From a virus (Duplodnaviria > Caudoviricetes), in the IMG/VR virus record IMGVR_UViG_3300020577_007794: 64,000 bases of DNA; one strand, written 5' to 3'. Position numbers and translations under genes: made by a program. Positions 37,859 through 47,314 of this stretch are shown one piece after another (position 1 is the first letter of the stretch; each line of letters begins with the position of its first letter). The notes beneath the pieces are model-generated. The model had not been told where the DNA came from and ran no database searches. It saw only the letters and a list, made by a program, of their open reading frames with translations.

Positions 37859-39618
37859 TATTGTTCTCTTAATTGTACCTGAACTGTGTATTCTTCTACA
37901 CCTGTACCTATATTCTCAAAAAATGCAGCTATTTTATCTCCAGAGGTAATGGTACTAACCGCAAAGTGGGGTGTAATTCCCGATGTTTCTCTTGTAGTAT
38001 TTCCAATCCACATTTCATTAGTCAAGAGTTTCGTGCCTGAGAAAGCACCATTACCACTAGATTTCATTATATTAATTCTTGCACTTGAAGAACCAGGAGT
38101 TTCCACTCTTGCGTCTACTCTTAGAACATTATAGACCACAGCATTTCCTGTTACAGGGTGGAAGGGAGCCATCCACTTTACTGAGTCAATACCTGATCCA
38201 GCTGGTGTATAGCCAGCTACCAATAGTACATTAGGAGTTAACTTTATCTGGCCGCTTAACGCTGCAGTTACAAAGCTGGTTGTAGCAAGCTGTTGGGTTG
38301 CAGCTCCGGTAGGTGCTGAAGGACCAGTTACTGGAACTGTAAAAGCAGCTTCTGAAGGGGTTAAAGAAAATTTAGTGCTTCCACCTGGACGCATATACAT
38401 TGAATCTGCATCTATGAATAGCGGAGCGTAGGAAAAACTATTTCTATTATACGCTTGGAAAAATACGCTGCTGGATGAAACAAAGATTTCAAATGATGGA
38501 GCTACACCATCAATCCCACCAACTGCAAAGGGAACCAGATTATCATCGTTCTGGACCCCAAAATAACCGGTTGTTTTACCGTAAGTAATGACTGTATTTT
38601 GCGCGTCAAGGTCCCCTACTTGAAGAGATGCTTTTACATACCCAGAAGCTGAAGTATTAACAGTTGTGCTAGGTTCTTCAAAAGATCCAGTAAATAACCT
38701 ATACCAACCATCAGTAGCATCTCTAAATAATCCAGTAAATCTAGGAAAACCTATAAAGTTATACTCTGAATAGAAACCTAGGTCGGTAATATCATAGGGG
38801 TTCCCAGATCCAAATTTAACAAGAGTATCAGTCAAGCTAACTGAGTTGGATTGGATTGAAGTAAGATCACCATTAACAACCAGGTTGCCGCCTATGCTAA
38901 CATCGCTACTTACATGCAATCCTGTTGCAAAGTTCCAGGACAATGCTGAAGTACCTGTTACAGTATGCGTACCAGTAAAGAATGGAATTTGGTAAGTTGA
39001 ACCAGCCCCCATTAACCCTCCTGCACCGGAAACAGAGACTGCCAAAGAGGAGGCTGCAGTCAATCTGCCTTGAGCATCAACAGTGAAGGAGGGTATTAGT
39101 GTAGAAGTGCCGTAACTACCTGCGGCAACAGATGTATCGGCTAGAGAGAAAGTTGGATTTCCACCACCAGTTGTGTTAGTTATGTTTAAACCAGTTCCAG
39201 CAACTAGGGTTCTTTTAGTAAAAGTTGAAGCACCTGTTTGTACTAAGTAACCAGGTGTAGAATCTAGACTGCTAAGAGCATTAAGATTGGCAGACAAGCT
39301 AAAAGCAAAATGACCTGGTGATGAATTAAGAACAACACCACCACTTGCAGCTAGAGTTCTATAAGATAGGTTCCCACCATAAGAAGAAAGAAGTGAGTCG
39401 GAGCTTCCAATAGGAAACCTTGCCCACTCACTTCCAGAAAAATAAACCAAGTCTCCAGTTGATTGAGAAGAATCGTATAACCTATTTAAGGTTATAAGTC
39501 CAGATACAGAAATAGAATTAGAAGAAAAAGACTGTCTTTGGAGTTCTTCTAAAACTCTTGGAATCTGCTCATCGTATAAGATTTTCTCAAATCCATCAGG
39601 AAACTTTTCTAAAGCCAT
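37858..39618 (-). CDS. tail fibre protein
   Basis: V.AGSYG....IPSFTVDAQGRLTAAS, I.GNL.V.G, YTG/FTGLFRDATDG, P.AP.G..TQQLATT.FV fibre motifs. Confidence 0.7.
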   Translation of the reverse strand: MALEKFPDGFEKILYDEQIPRVLEELQRQSFSSNSISVSGLITLNRLYDSSQSTGDLVYFSGSEWARFPIGSSDSLLSSYGGNLSYRTLAASGGVVLNSSPGHFAFSLSANLNALSSLDSTPGYLVQTGASTFTKRTLVAGTGLNITNTTGGGNPTFSLADTSVAAGSYGTSTLIPSFTVDAQGRLTAASSLAVSVSGAGGLMGAGSTYQIPFFTGTHTVTGTSALSWNFATGLHVSSDVSIGGNLVVNGDLTSIQSNSVSLTDTLVKFGSGNPYDITDLGFYSEYNFIGFPRFTGLFRDATDGWYRLFTGSFEEPSTTVNTSASGYVKASLQVGDLDAQNTVITYGKTTGYFGVQNDDNLVPFAVGGIDGVAPSFEIFVSSSSVFFQAYNRNSFSYAPLFIDADSMYMRPGGSTKFSLTPSEAAFTVPVTGPSAPTGAATQQLATTSFVTAALSGQIKLTPNVLLVAGYTPAGSGIDSVKWMAPFHPVTGNAVVYNVLRVDARVETPGSSSARINIMKSSGNGAFSGTKLLTNEMWIGNTTRETSGITPHFAVSTITSGDKIAAFFENIGTGVEEYTVQVQLREQ

Positions 39619-39629
39619 TATTAAATTCT

Positions 39630-40142
39630 CTAGGGGTTATCCAAATAGAGCTTAGCCTTAGTACCATTAAGTTCTTCCTCAAGAAGATTAATTTTTCGCA
39701 CTAATTCAGAATTTTCCCTAACTCTATCTGCCAGAAAAGAATTGTATTTAATAAGAAGATCATTTTCTTGCTCCCAAATAACTAAAAGATTTACAAAATC
39801 ATGAAATTCCTTCCCCTTTTTAGGGGAAGATAGAGTAAATTCGACTATTATTTCATCAGAATCCATCTCTATAGAATAAGCATAACCATCATTTATGTAC
39901 TCATGACAAGATTCAATAAAAGAATAAAACCAATGCTTTCCATCTGTTGCAGAAAGGGTGCAACGTTTTGTATCTATTGTCCTATTATTCATTGGTCTTG
40001 ATACTATTGATATCTTTTCAGTATCAAGATCAGTTTGATTACCATAGCTTGGGGAATATAAATACCTATACTTCTTGTCCCCAAAAAATTCTCTAACAAC
40101 AGAAGCAAAGGGTCCTGATTTTTCTTTGTGTAGTATATTCAT
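39630..40142 (-). CDS. hypothetical protein
   Basis: 170 aa; accessory region. Confidence 0.55.
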   Translation of the reverse strand: MNILHKEKSGPFASVVREFFGDKKYRYLYSPSYGNQTDLDTEKISIVSRPMNNRTIDTKRCTLSATDGKHWFYSFIESCHEYINDGYAYSIEMDSDEIIVEFTLSSPKKGKEFHDFVNLLVIWEQENDLLIKYNSFLADRVRENSELVRKINLLEEELNGTKAKLYLDNP

Positions 40143-40438
40143 AAGAAAGATGCTTTCATTCGTATGTAATCTCGCCCAACATTAGTGTGACTAGTTTCAA
40201 TAAAGTAGATAATTTGTCCCCTTAAATCGAAAAAATTGTTATAAAATTTGGGCATATTGGGTTTAAATACACTGATTTCTTTATAGTTAGCTCCTCTATA
40301 GACAGTGCATAGAAAACCATTTTCGTTTATAGAAAATTTTCTAGTACAATTTATTACGCTGTACCTTCCCTTGCTATCTTTTGTATAAAGCTGTAATTTG
40401 TTTTGAACTAAAAAGTCCTCGAATTTTTGAACCTCCAT
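40139..40438 (-). CDS. hypothetical protein
   Basis: 99 aa; coupled ORF. Confidence 0.5.
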   Translation of the reverse strand: MEVQKFEDFLVQNKLQLYTKDSKGRYSVINCTRKFSINENGFLCTVYRGANYKEISVFKPNMPKFYNNFFDLRGQIIYFIETSHTNVGRDYIRMKASFL

Positions 40439-40875
40439 TAAAATTCATCCATAGGGATAGAAATTTGTACGCCATTTTCCCATTTTTCAATTTCTAGAAA
40501 ATCTCCAGCTTCCCAAACAAGTCTTGCACTTAGTTTCCCGGTGGATTGAGCAAGTAATGGTGTTACAAAGTTTCTATGCCAAGTACCAGAACCTTCACCA
40601 TAATTCTCGATATGCTCAATTTTTAACATATCTTTTTCACAAATTACAGCCTTTAATTCAAATCCTTCAGAACCACCCTGTACAGTTAGACCCCCATCTG
40701 TCCACACCATATTGTCAAGACGTAATTTCCAGCCATCCTCTAGTCTGTTATTAACTTCGTTGAAATGTGAAATAGATACTTGAAGATTCTCAATTAATAA
40801 AGTCTTCCAATTAGTTATGTTATAACTCATACTTAAAATTTTCTCTAGATTCCTAAGAGGAATTTTTTGTTTCAC
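40438..40875 (-). CDS. hypothetical protein
   Basis: 145 aa; GEGSG...WEAGD motif. Confidence 0.55.
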   Translation of the reverse strand: MKQKIPLRNLEKILSMSYNITNWKTLLIENLQVSISHFNEVNNRLEDGWKLRLDNMVWTDGGLTVQGGSEGFELKAVICEKDMLKIEHIENYGEGSGTWHRNFVTPLLAQSTGKLSARLVWEAGDFLEIEKWENGVQISIPMDEF

Positions 40876-41209
40876 TAGATGTAAATTTCATTGGTAAAAT
40901 TGAGATATCAATATAGGGGGCTAATCCCCCGTATTCATTAGAGATATCATAGATTGACCATGCCATTCGTCCATGTGGTTTTATAGACGGTGATCCCACT
41001 AGTTTACCCCCAACATAGGCACAAATAGCATTTAGTAGGTCTTCTGGTGGTTTGGCTTGTTCAATCCAAGGAATAGCAACAAGATCAAGATCTGTAGAGA
41101 GTGATCCATGAAAACAGATAGCATAGCCAAAAAGCTTGCCTAAATGCTGCAATTCTGGTATTAAAGCAGCGTAAAGTAAAGCTCTTTTAGGTTCTTTTAT
41201 TCTTTCCAT
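40853..41209 (-). CDS. minimal nucleotidyltransferase-fold protein
   Basis: GYAI..HGS...DLDL.AIPW ... YIDIS (hGS, DxD, distal D). Confidence 0.55.
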   Translation of the reverse strand: MERIKEPKRALLYAALIPELQHLGKLFGYAICFHGSLSTDLDLVAIPWIEQAKPPEDLLNAICAYVGGKLVGSPSIKPHGRMAWSIYDISNEYGGLAPYIDISILPMKFTSSETKNSS

Positions 41210-41214
41210 TGTAG

Positions 41215-41847
41215 TTATTCATCGTGGTCAAAAAATAAATTTGCAAAGTAACATATCTCTTCTGGGCAGAAGTTCCCTTCTATTTTCTTATAACCGAAGT
41301 CTTTAGTCACTTCCATAAAGTAGAGACACTTATCTGCTTCAAGAACAACGGAACATCTTTTCTTTCTCCCCCAATGCCGTAGTATAATTCTTACACTTTC
41401 TTCATCGTGAAATTCTATAGATACACTTACATCACTCTTAAGGGCAAAAGTTTTTATAAATACGTAACCGTATTTCCGAGTTTGTGCAATAAGTTCAGGC
41501 GGGATTATGCATTCAAACTCTGTTTTCATAGTCAGAATTTCATCCGCTAACTCAACTTCAAAATTCTTTGTCTCGATATCAATGTTTTCCTGAGTCTTCT
41601 TTACTAACTCTTTCTCAGTAAATCCTTCCAAAACAGAATTAGCTGTACGAAGAGCTGCATCAAAAGATTTCATATAGGGAATCTGTATGCTAAAAGACGT
41701 ATCTGGATCGTATGCACTGAGAGTATGGCAGTCATATATGGACATGCCCCAAGTGCTTCGTTTGATAGTAAAACATTTATCAGCCTCTTTATAAATCCAA
41801 CCAGACTTCTCCATGAAAGCTTTTGTCTCTTCATCGTAAAAATTCAT
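41215..41847 (-). CDS. hypothetical protein, C-terminal paralogue of 42399..42839
   Basis: Shared YGY..IK.F ... KRCSVV ... EVTK.FG.K.I.G.F.P.EICYF..L.F.H.E. Confidence 0.6.
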   Translation of the reverse strand: MNFYDEETKAFMEKSGWIYKEADKCFTIKRSTWGMSIYDCHTLSAYDPDTSFSIQIPYMKSFDAALRTANSVLEGFTEKELVKKTQENIDIETKNFEVELADEILTMKTEFECIIPPELIAQTRKYGYVFIKTFALKSDVSVSIEFHDEESVRIILRHWGRKKRCSVVLEADKCLYFMEVTKDFGYKKIEGNFCPEEICYFANLFFDHDE

Positions 41848-41857
41848 AATTCACTTT

Positions 41858-42406
41858 TCAATTCGTTCTTAGCTCTCGTGAAATTGCAGAATCTCTATAA
41901 CTATCATCATCAGTGTTGTAATACTTACTCATTTCCACCAGCTTTTTTTCTACAGCTGCCAAAGCTTTTACAAATTTCTTCTTAGTTGCAGCTAAAACAT
42001 CTGATTCTGTTTTTGATTCAAATTTCTGCACTAGCTCTAGAACAGAAATAATATTTTCTAGGTTTATGTCAAATTTTAAGATCCAACAATACCTTTTACC
42101 ATTTTGCATGTATAAAGTACCAGCTAATGTAGGTATTGATGAGGATGGTTGTTCTGATCCGCAAAATTCATAGCAGACATTATCAAAAGGATTCTGTGTC
42201 AGTTCCCAATCAATAGAAGAGTCATCTTCTGTAAAGTCAACAATAGATTTGTAACGAACTTCCTGTGTACCACCATAATAGTCCCAGAAATCTGAAATTC
42301 GTGTTCCAGCTGACCAGGATTCTTCGTGGGGTTCAAGGTGTGTAACTAAAACACCTTTAGAAATTATGTAAAACCACAAAGTTTGTTTAATTGTATTTTT
42401 ATTCAT
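41858..42406 (-). CDS. hypothetical protein
   Basis: 182 aa ORF. Confidence 0.55.
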   Translation of the reverse strand: MNKNTIKQTLWFYIISKGVLVTHLEPHEESWSAGTRISDFWDYYGGTQEVRYKSIVDFTEDDSSIDWELTQNPFDNVCYEFCGSEQPSSSIPTLAGTLYMQNGKRYCWILKFDINLENIISVLELVQKFESKTESDVLAATKKKFVKALAAVEKKLVEMSKYYNTDDDSYRDSAISRELRTN

Positions 42407-42839
42407 TATGATTGAAATATAGCTTTACAAAGTAACAAATCTCTGCCGGAGAAAACTTCCCATCTATTCTTTTAGATCCAAAACCTTTCGTTACTTCGTG
42501 ATAGTAGACACAGCCATAATCATTAACAACTACAGAGCATCTTTTGATTAATTCTCTGTTCTGTAAAACGATTCTGCAGACCCCTGGTTCTTCAAAACCA
42601 GACACAACTGCAGTTGCTTCATTATCTCCAAATTCTTTAATAAGTGCGTAGCCGTAACGCTTAATTTGGTTGACTAATTCTTCAGAAGGAGTTTCTTCAG
42701 TGACTTTTTGAGAATCTTCGTAGTCCTCGTATTCTTCTAAAAGCATACCAAGACGATTATCAAATTTCTCTATTCTAAGTTTTAATATTTCTTCTGTCAC
42801 ACTATGATTCTCTTTTTTGAGTGCTAGCAGCAACATCAC
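42399..42839 (-). CDS. hypothetical protein, C-terminal paralogue of 41215..41847
   Basis: Same C-terminal domain; true start uncertain. Confidence 0.6.
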   Translation of the reverse strand: MMLLLALKKENHSVTEEILKLRIEKFDNRLGMLLEEYEDYEDSQKVTEETPSEELVNQIKRYGYALIKEFGDNEATAVVSGFEEPGVCRIVLQNRELIKRCSVVVNDYGCVYYHEVTKGFGSKRIDGKFSPAEICYFVKLYFNHNE

Positions 42840-43002
42840 GAAACCAGTTTAACACCGTACGTTCTTGTTCTTTAGCAAACCTCTCGTCTTCCTGTTTTCT
42901 CTCTTCAACCTGCCTGAGAATCCTTTCAAGCATCACTTTCCGCCGATATTCTTCAGTTCTGGCTTCTCGTAGCATCCTATTGAAAAATGCGCTTGCACTC
43001 AC
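42802..43002 (-). CDS. small charged helical protein
   Basis: 66 aa, R/E-rich; GTG start overlaps the stop of the upstream small ORF. Confidence 0.45.
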   Translation of the reverse strand: MSASAFFNRMLREARTEEYRRKVMLERILRQVEERKQEDERFAKEQERTVLNWFRDVAASTQKRES

Positions 43003-43151
43003 TACTCATCACCTTCTTTCTTAGGAGGTTTTGTGGGCTCCTCAAGCCTTCTAACAGCCTTGTAAAAAGCCTCCCTTTTTGACTCTGACCAATGGCTTAC
43101 TCTTTTGTCTGACGCTCGTATATACGCTTCTCTTTTTTCTTTTTCAGTCAT
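43002..43151 (-). CDS. small basic hypothetical protein (49 aa, not in track)
   Basis: MTEKEKREAYIRASDKRVSHWSESKREAFYKAVRRL... Confidence 0.45.
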   Translation of the reverse strand: MTEKEKREAYIRASDKRVSHWSESKREAFYKAVRRLEEPTKPPKKEGDE

Positions 43152-43338
43152 CACTCTTTTACTCCGCCCAAAATATCTCCAGCAACTTTAAGAGAAATGT
43201 CAAAAGATTTCAAGGGAATAAAACATATTCCTGCTCCTGGGTCAGTAAGGTAGATAGGCTAGCCATCTCTTTCTTTATATTTTCTATGTTCTTAATAATC
43301 TGATCTTTCATGATATAAATCTGTTGTTTTACAAGTAA

Positions 43339-43512
43339 TTATCCTAACCCCAATGCTAAACAAATAAAAATGTACACAAAAGCAAAGAGTACAATGTTAA
43401 TACCAAAATATTCAAGATCCCCTCTTTTCTTAAAGATACCTACAAAAGCAACTATAGTTCCTACAATAGCGTGGGATACTAAAAGAGAACATAAATAAGA
43501 CAGTAACATCAT
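43339..43512 (-). CDS. small two-TM membrane protein (57 aa, not in track)
   Basis: Two hydrophobic stretches separated by KKRGDLEY; ATGA-coupled to 43509..43871. Confidence 0.5.
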   Translation of the reverse strand: MMLLSYLCSLLVSHAIVGTIVAFVGIFKKRGDLEYFGINIVLFAFVYIFICLALGLG

Positions 43513-43871
43513 TTTTGTTTTAAAAACCTTAGCTCAGGGAAAGTAATAGTAGGTCGAAGGGTTTCGAGAACATTTCCACGAAAATACATTATTCCATCAG
43601 GATAGTCATTTGACCCGTACTCTTTTATGCAAATAAGATATTTTGGGAATTTTGTAGCTAATGAAATAAATATCTCTAAGGGATCAAGTGTATCATAGTA
43701 ATGAAAAGAGGAGGAGTCTACATCCACATTAGATTCAACTATATAATACTCTTCAAAGACCTCTTTAATAGCTTCTGCTAATTTCTCTGGATTATCATCA
43801 GCTTTACTTTCTCCAATAAATTCCCAATCACCACTATAATAACACTCCTCACTTGCCATAGATTTGGCCAT
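43509..43871 (-). CDS. hypothetical protein
   Basis: 120 aa, acidic. Confidence 0.55.
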   Translation of the reverse strand: MAKSMASEECYYSGDWEFIGESKADDNPEKLAEAIKEVFEEYYIVESNVDVDSSSFHYYDTLDPLEIFISLATKFPKYLICIKEYGSNDYPDGIMYFRGNVLETLRPTITFPELRFLKQK

Positions 43872-44844
43872 CCTTAGCAGTTATTTTGTCTAAGAAAAGA
43901 TCAAGACTTTCTTGCGGAGTACCTATTTCAAGTGCTACTTCTTCTAACAATTCTTTAGGATCCACTGCTTTAGCATTTTTAGCTGCTTCTATAGCTGAGT
44001 TATAATCATTTTCAATAACTTCTGTAGAATCCTTTTCAAAGTAGAATAGTTCTTCTTTAGTTGGCCCAGGAATTAGAACTCTTAGTATTTCTCTTGAGGG
44101 ATAGAGTAAAAAGAGAGATGGAGTATTGTTTGCTTCGCCTATATGTTTTCTAACTACAGCACCAGGATTTCCACATACAGTATGTTTGTTTGAATGCAAA
44201 GCTGGGCCGTAACCATTGTGTATATCTCCAGAGAAGAAATAATCAATTCTCTTATGTATAGGCTCAGTCTTCCAATAATAAGTATGCTCAGATTCTCTAT
44301 CTGCCAAGTTATGGTGACATGAAACTACAACAATATGATTATTATTGATCAAAGACATGTTCTCTTCTATGAATTCTGAAAGTTGGTAGAAATACCCCCA
44401 ATCACAACATATAAGACAAAAATTATCAATAAACTCTATAAGAAAACCTTTCCTACTTGACTTACGAGTCATGCTTGTAGAAATATTAGCTTGAGAATAC
44501 GCTATACCTGCTGCAGTATATGGAAGAAAGTTTATCTCGTCTGCTGGAACATCGTGGTTCCCTATAGCAGCAAAAGTCGGAATAGGTGCAAAATCTTCTA
44601 ACATTTTAGTAAGAAGATAGATATCCATTACACGCCAATCAAATATATCTGTAAGATCTCCTCCAAATAAAACGGAACAGGCGTTGTATTGTTTTGCTGT
44701 CTCAATTACAAACTTCAAAGATTTTGACATGTCTTCCCAGAGACCTATCTTTCTATTAGAGTATTTCTTTTTATCTATGTGGAGATCTGTAAAGAATAGG
44801 ACTGGGTTTCCTAGTTGTTTAGACTTTTTTGAAGTTCTTGGCAT
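43849..44844 (-). CDS. sbcD: SbcD/Mre11 metallophosphoesterase nuclease
   Basis: TDLH, GGDL.D, GNHD, HH, SGDIH, NPGA..R. Confidence 0.88.
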   Translation of the reverse strand: MPRTSKKSKQLGNPVLFFTDLHIDKKKYSNRKIGLWEDMSKSLKFVIETAKQYNACSVLFGGDLTDIFDWRVMDIYLLTKMLEDFAPIPTFAAIGNHDVPADEINFLPYTAAGIAYSQANISTSMTRKSSRKGFLIEFIDNFCLICCDWGYFYQLSEFIEENMSLINNNHIVVVSCHHNLADRESEHTYYWKTEPIHKRIDYFFSGDIHNGYGPALHSNKHTVCGNPGAVVRKHIGEANNTPSLFLLYPSREILRVLIPGPTKEELFYFEKDSTEVIENDYNSAIEAAKNAKAVDPKELLEEVALEIGTPQESLDLFLDKITAKDGQIYGK

Positions 44845-45251
44845 ACTTTCTTTATTCTATCAAGATCTTTAATAATGGCGGAAAAGGTTTCGTTAGAATC
44901 AACTTTTTTAACTGGAGCAGGAGTTGGTTTTGGCTCTGCCGCTTTTCTAGTTCTCTTAGGTTTCTCTGAAGCAGTTTTAAGAGCCTCTTTATTTAGTTTA
45001 GGAAACTTAGTTTCCAAGAATTCATCTAACTTTTTTTTATAGTTATTAGTTAGCTCAGAAAGAGGGTTTAATACAGCCGAACTTTCAAAAAACACAACCT
45101 GACCATCTTTAGAATACATAAAAGCTTCAGTATAGCCATATCCTTCTTCATCGTATAGTCGAGAAACTTTGATTGTGTAGTCCTTATGAGATACTACTTT
45201 GTTTTGAGGTTTTGGTGCGCTGCTCATTGATTGCTGCCGCAAGTTGGACAT
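44811..45251 (-). CDS. hypothetical protein
   Basis: 146 aa between the sbcC N-half and sbcD. Confidence 0.55.
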   Translation of the reverse strand: MSNLRQQSMSSAPKPQNKVVSHKDYTIKVSRLYDEEGYGYTEAFMYSKDGQVVFFESSAVLNPLSELTNNYKKKLDEFLETKFPKLNKEALKTASEKPKRTRKAAEPKPTPAPVKKVDSNETFSAIIKDLDRIKKVCQELQKSLNN

Positions 45252-46198
45252 ATACCAAGTTGCTTTAAGATTTTTTGTTTTTGTTCGTTCAATAGTAGTA
45301 ATTCTTCACTTGTTAATTCTATCTGTTGTGTTAAAGTATGTAACTTTTCGGTGTTAGACACATACTTATTAAGCAATTGTAACACAGAGTGGCCCTTTTC
45401 AAGACACTTCTTTAAAACTGAGATCCTTCCATTAATAGCTTCTAAATTGCCTGGTATCTTTTCAATAAGACCTATTTTCTTAGAAACAATAGATAGTCTA
45501 TTTAACTTTACAAGTTTGTTTTCAAGAGCTTTTATTTCGTCTTCTTTATCAGATGTTACTTTAAGAAGATTTTCTATTTCTGAAAGAAGAGTTTGTTTTG
45601 AATCAAGAACCTCTTTTGAGTTTAGACTAAGCTTTTCTAGTTTGGTTATTTCAGAGTTAACCTTAGTTAATTCAGAAGTAAAAGACGAAACAGCCTCTTC
45701 AATCTCCTGGCACCCCATTATTAAAGAGAATTTCTTTAGAATAGTATCACCCCTTTCATCAAGAAGTGGTGGTGTTCTTCTAGTAGTGATAAAGTTAAAA
45801 TCAATACCAGAAACATCTTTTTCTTCTAACTTTACCTTAGTAAAATTAGTTATACTCTTTACTAAAGCTGCCGTATCATTAGTTCCTTTTAACTTCTCTG
45901 TTTTATTCTTAGGATCAGTTACATAAGTAAAATGAACTTTTCCTTCCCAGGCTCTTCTTATTTTATAGCCATTTGAAAGATGGACTTCTACGTAGCCATC
46001 TTTTTCACCATATCTTAGATGTGTTATAGGAAAACTTTCATGAAACAGAATCATTCTAAGTGCCCTAAAGATGTGAGTTTTTCCACAATCATTAGGATTA
46101 GAAAGATCCCCTGGCTCAATTACAAATATTGAATCAAGTTCTATTTCACTATGTTCATAGCTCCTATAGTTATCTAAAATAAGTTTTTGTACTATCAT
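45224..46198 (-). CDS. sbcC: SbcC/Rad50 N-terminal half ending at the zinc hook
   Basis: L.L.NY.SY....I, N..GKT.I.RAL, long coiled coil, terminal CPTCG then stop after 3 more residues. Confidence 0.85.
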   Translation of the reverse strand: MIVQKLILDNYRSYEHSEIELDSIFVIEPGDLSNPNDCGKTHIFRALRMILFHESFPITHLRYGEKDGYVEVHLSNGYKIRRAWEGKVHFTYVTDPKNKTEKLKGTNDTAALVKSITNFTKVKLEEKDVSGIDFNFITTRRTPPLLDERGDTILKKFSLIMGCQEIEEAVSSFTSELTKVNSEITKLEKLSLNSKEVLDSKQTLLSEIENLLKVTSDKEDEIKALENKLVKLNRLSIVSKKIGLIEKIPGNLEAINGRISVLKKCLEKGHSVLQLLNKYVSNTEKLHTLTQQIELTSEELLLLNEQKQKILKQLGICPTCGSNQ

Positions 46199-46824
46199 AC
46201 GCCAAGCAATACCGGACAGGTCATAGGATTAATGTCTTTGCCATAATAAAGACAGGAAACAACTTCCTTGTATGAATCAGTGATAAGAACTTTAGCTTCT
46301 TGATTAGACATCTTTCCAATTGAAGTGTATACCGTCTCTGGGTACTTCTTTAAAAAGTCAAGATCTGTAGAGAAGACTGCTTGTTCTATTTTAAGCATGA
46401 GCTTATCAACATTTAAAAGATCATCATATGAAATATTTTCTTTGTAGCAGTCTATTCTCAAAGCTTTAATAATGGTTTCAAAAATTTCATTCTCTTTCTC
46501 CCTAAAAGATATATAAGAAAGAGTTTTTTCATCTTTAATATAGAGGTTATTCTTAATAGGGGTTGGAATATCCATTACATAGGCTTCTTGAAAATCATGA
46601 ATTAGTGCCCAAAGAATTTGTTCGTTAGACACATATCTATCAAGAGCCTGAAGTCTGGCGCAAAGTACAGAATGCTGGGCTACAGTATAGTCAGGCTCCA
46701 TTTGCCCCATAAATCTTTGCTGTTTAGAGAGGCCGTGAAAAATATCCCCAAGGAGAATATCATTTTCTGTAAGATTAAGAACATCAATGACGTTCCCGGA
46801 ATACATTAACATTTCAGCTTTCAT
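46195..46824 (-). CDS. HD-domain 5'-deoxynucleotidase (YfbR/YfdR-like)
   Basis: DI.H.LS...RF.G, Y.VAQHS, AL.HD..EAY..DIPTPIK. Confidence 0.85.
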   Translation of the reverse strand: MKAEMLMYSGNVIDVLNLTENDILLGDIFHGLSKQQRFMGQMEPDYTVAQHSVLCARLQALDRYVSNEQILWALIHDFQEAYVMDIPTPIKNNLYIKDEKTLSYISFREKENEIFETIIKALRIDCYKENISYDDLLNVDKLMLKIEQAVFSTDLDFLKKYPETVYTSIGKMSNQEAKVLITDSYKEVVSCLYYGKDINPMTCPVLLGV

Positions 46825-47314
46825 TTTCGTATTTGTACAAGTCTAATTGTACCCCAGCCTCTTCGAACATTAACACTGTATACTGAAAATGTTCTTCCCA
46901 CCATCTTTCAGTCCTTTCATCAAGAGTAATATAAGAAACAACTCTTTTAATACCTGCTTGAATAATCAATCCAGCACAAGTAGTACAGGGCATAAATGGA
47001 TAACAGTAAAGTGTAGCTCCTTTAAGATCTTTTTGGGCAAACACAATAGCATTAGCTTCTGCGTGTACTACAAGTTTATACTTAAGAAGTCTTTCCTCGT
47101 ATCTTGACGATAGATCTTTAACACCAATAGGAAAACCATTATATCCACTAGAGATTATCTGTCTTGTTTCTGTATTTACAATTACAGCACCTACTTGTGT
47201 GGATGGGTCTTTACTCCAAAGAGAAACTTGCTTTGCATGTTCTAAAAATCTAGCATCCCACTTATCCGAAAGTGTAAGAGCTTCTACCTTAAAATCCACT
47301 TTCTGCCCTCTCAT
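46814..47314 (-). CDS. dCMP deaminase
   Basis: SKDPSTQVGAVIV, GYNG.P, HAEANA, PCTTC..IIQAGI. Confidence 0.92.
   Translation of the reverse strand: MRGQKVDFKVEALTLSDKWDARFLEHAKQVSLWSKDPSTQVGAVIVNTETRQIISSGYNGFPIGVKDLSSRYEERLLKYKLVVHAEANAIVFAQKDLKGATLYCYPFMPCTTCAGLIIQAGIKRVVSYITLDERTERWWEEHFQYTVLMFEEAGVQLDLYKYENES

Noticed and set aside
43152-43311. Frameshifted or pseudogene ORF in this gap
   Set aside because: Only short open frames (33-35 codons) with no recognisable homology; cannot be supported
45231-45926. 231-aa plus-strand ORF and the many other antisense ORFs in the track
   Set aside because: They mirror well-supported genes on the opposite strand, have no motifs and break the two-block strand organisation
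26825-46824. Z-genome (MazZ/DatZ) or uracil-DNA system
   Set aside because: No PurZ in the window; MazG and HD enzymes are common in ordinary phages; a UDG-like gene argues against dU-DNA
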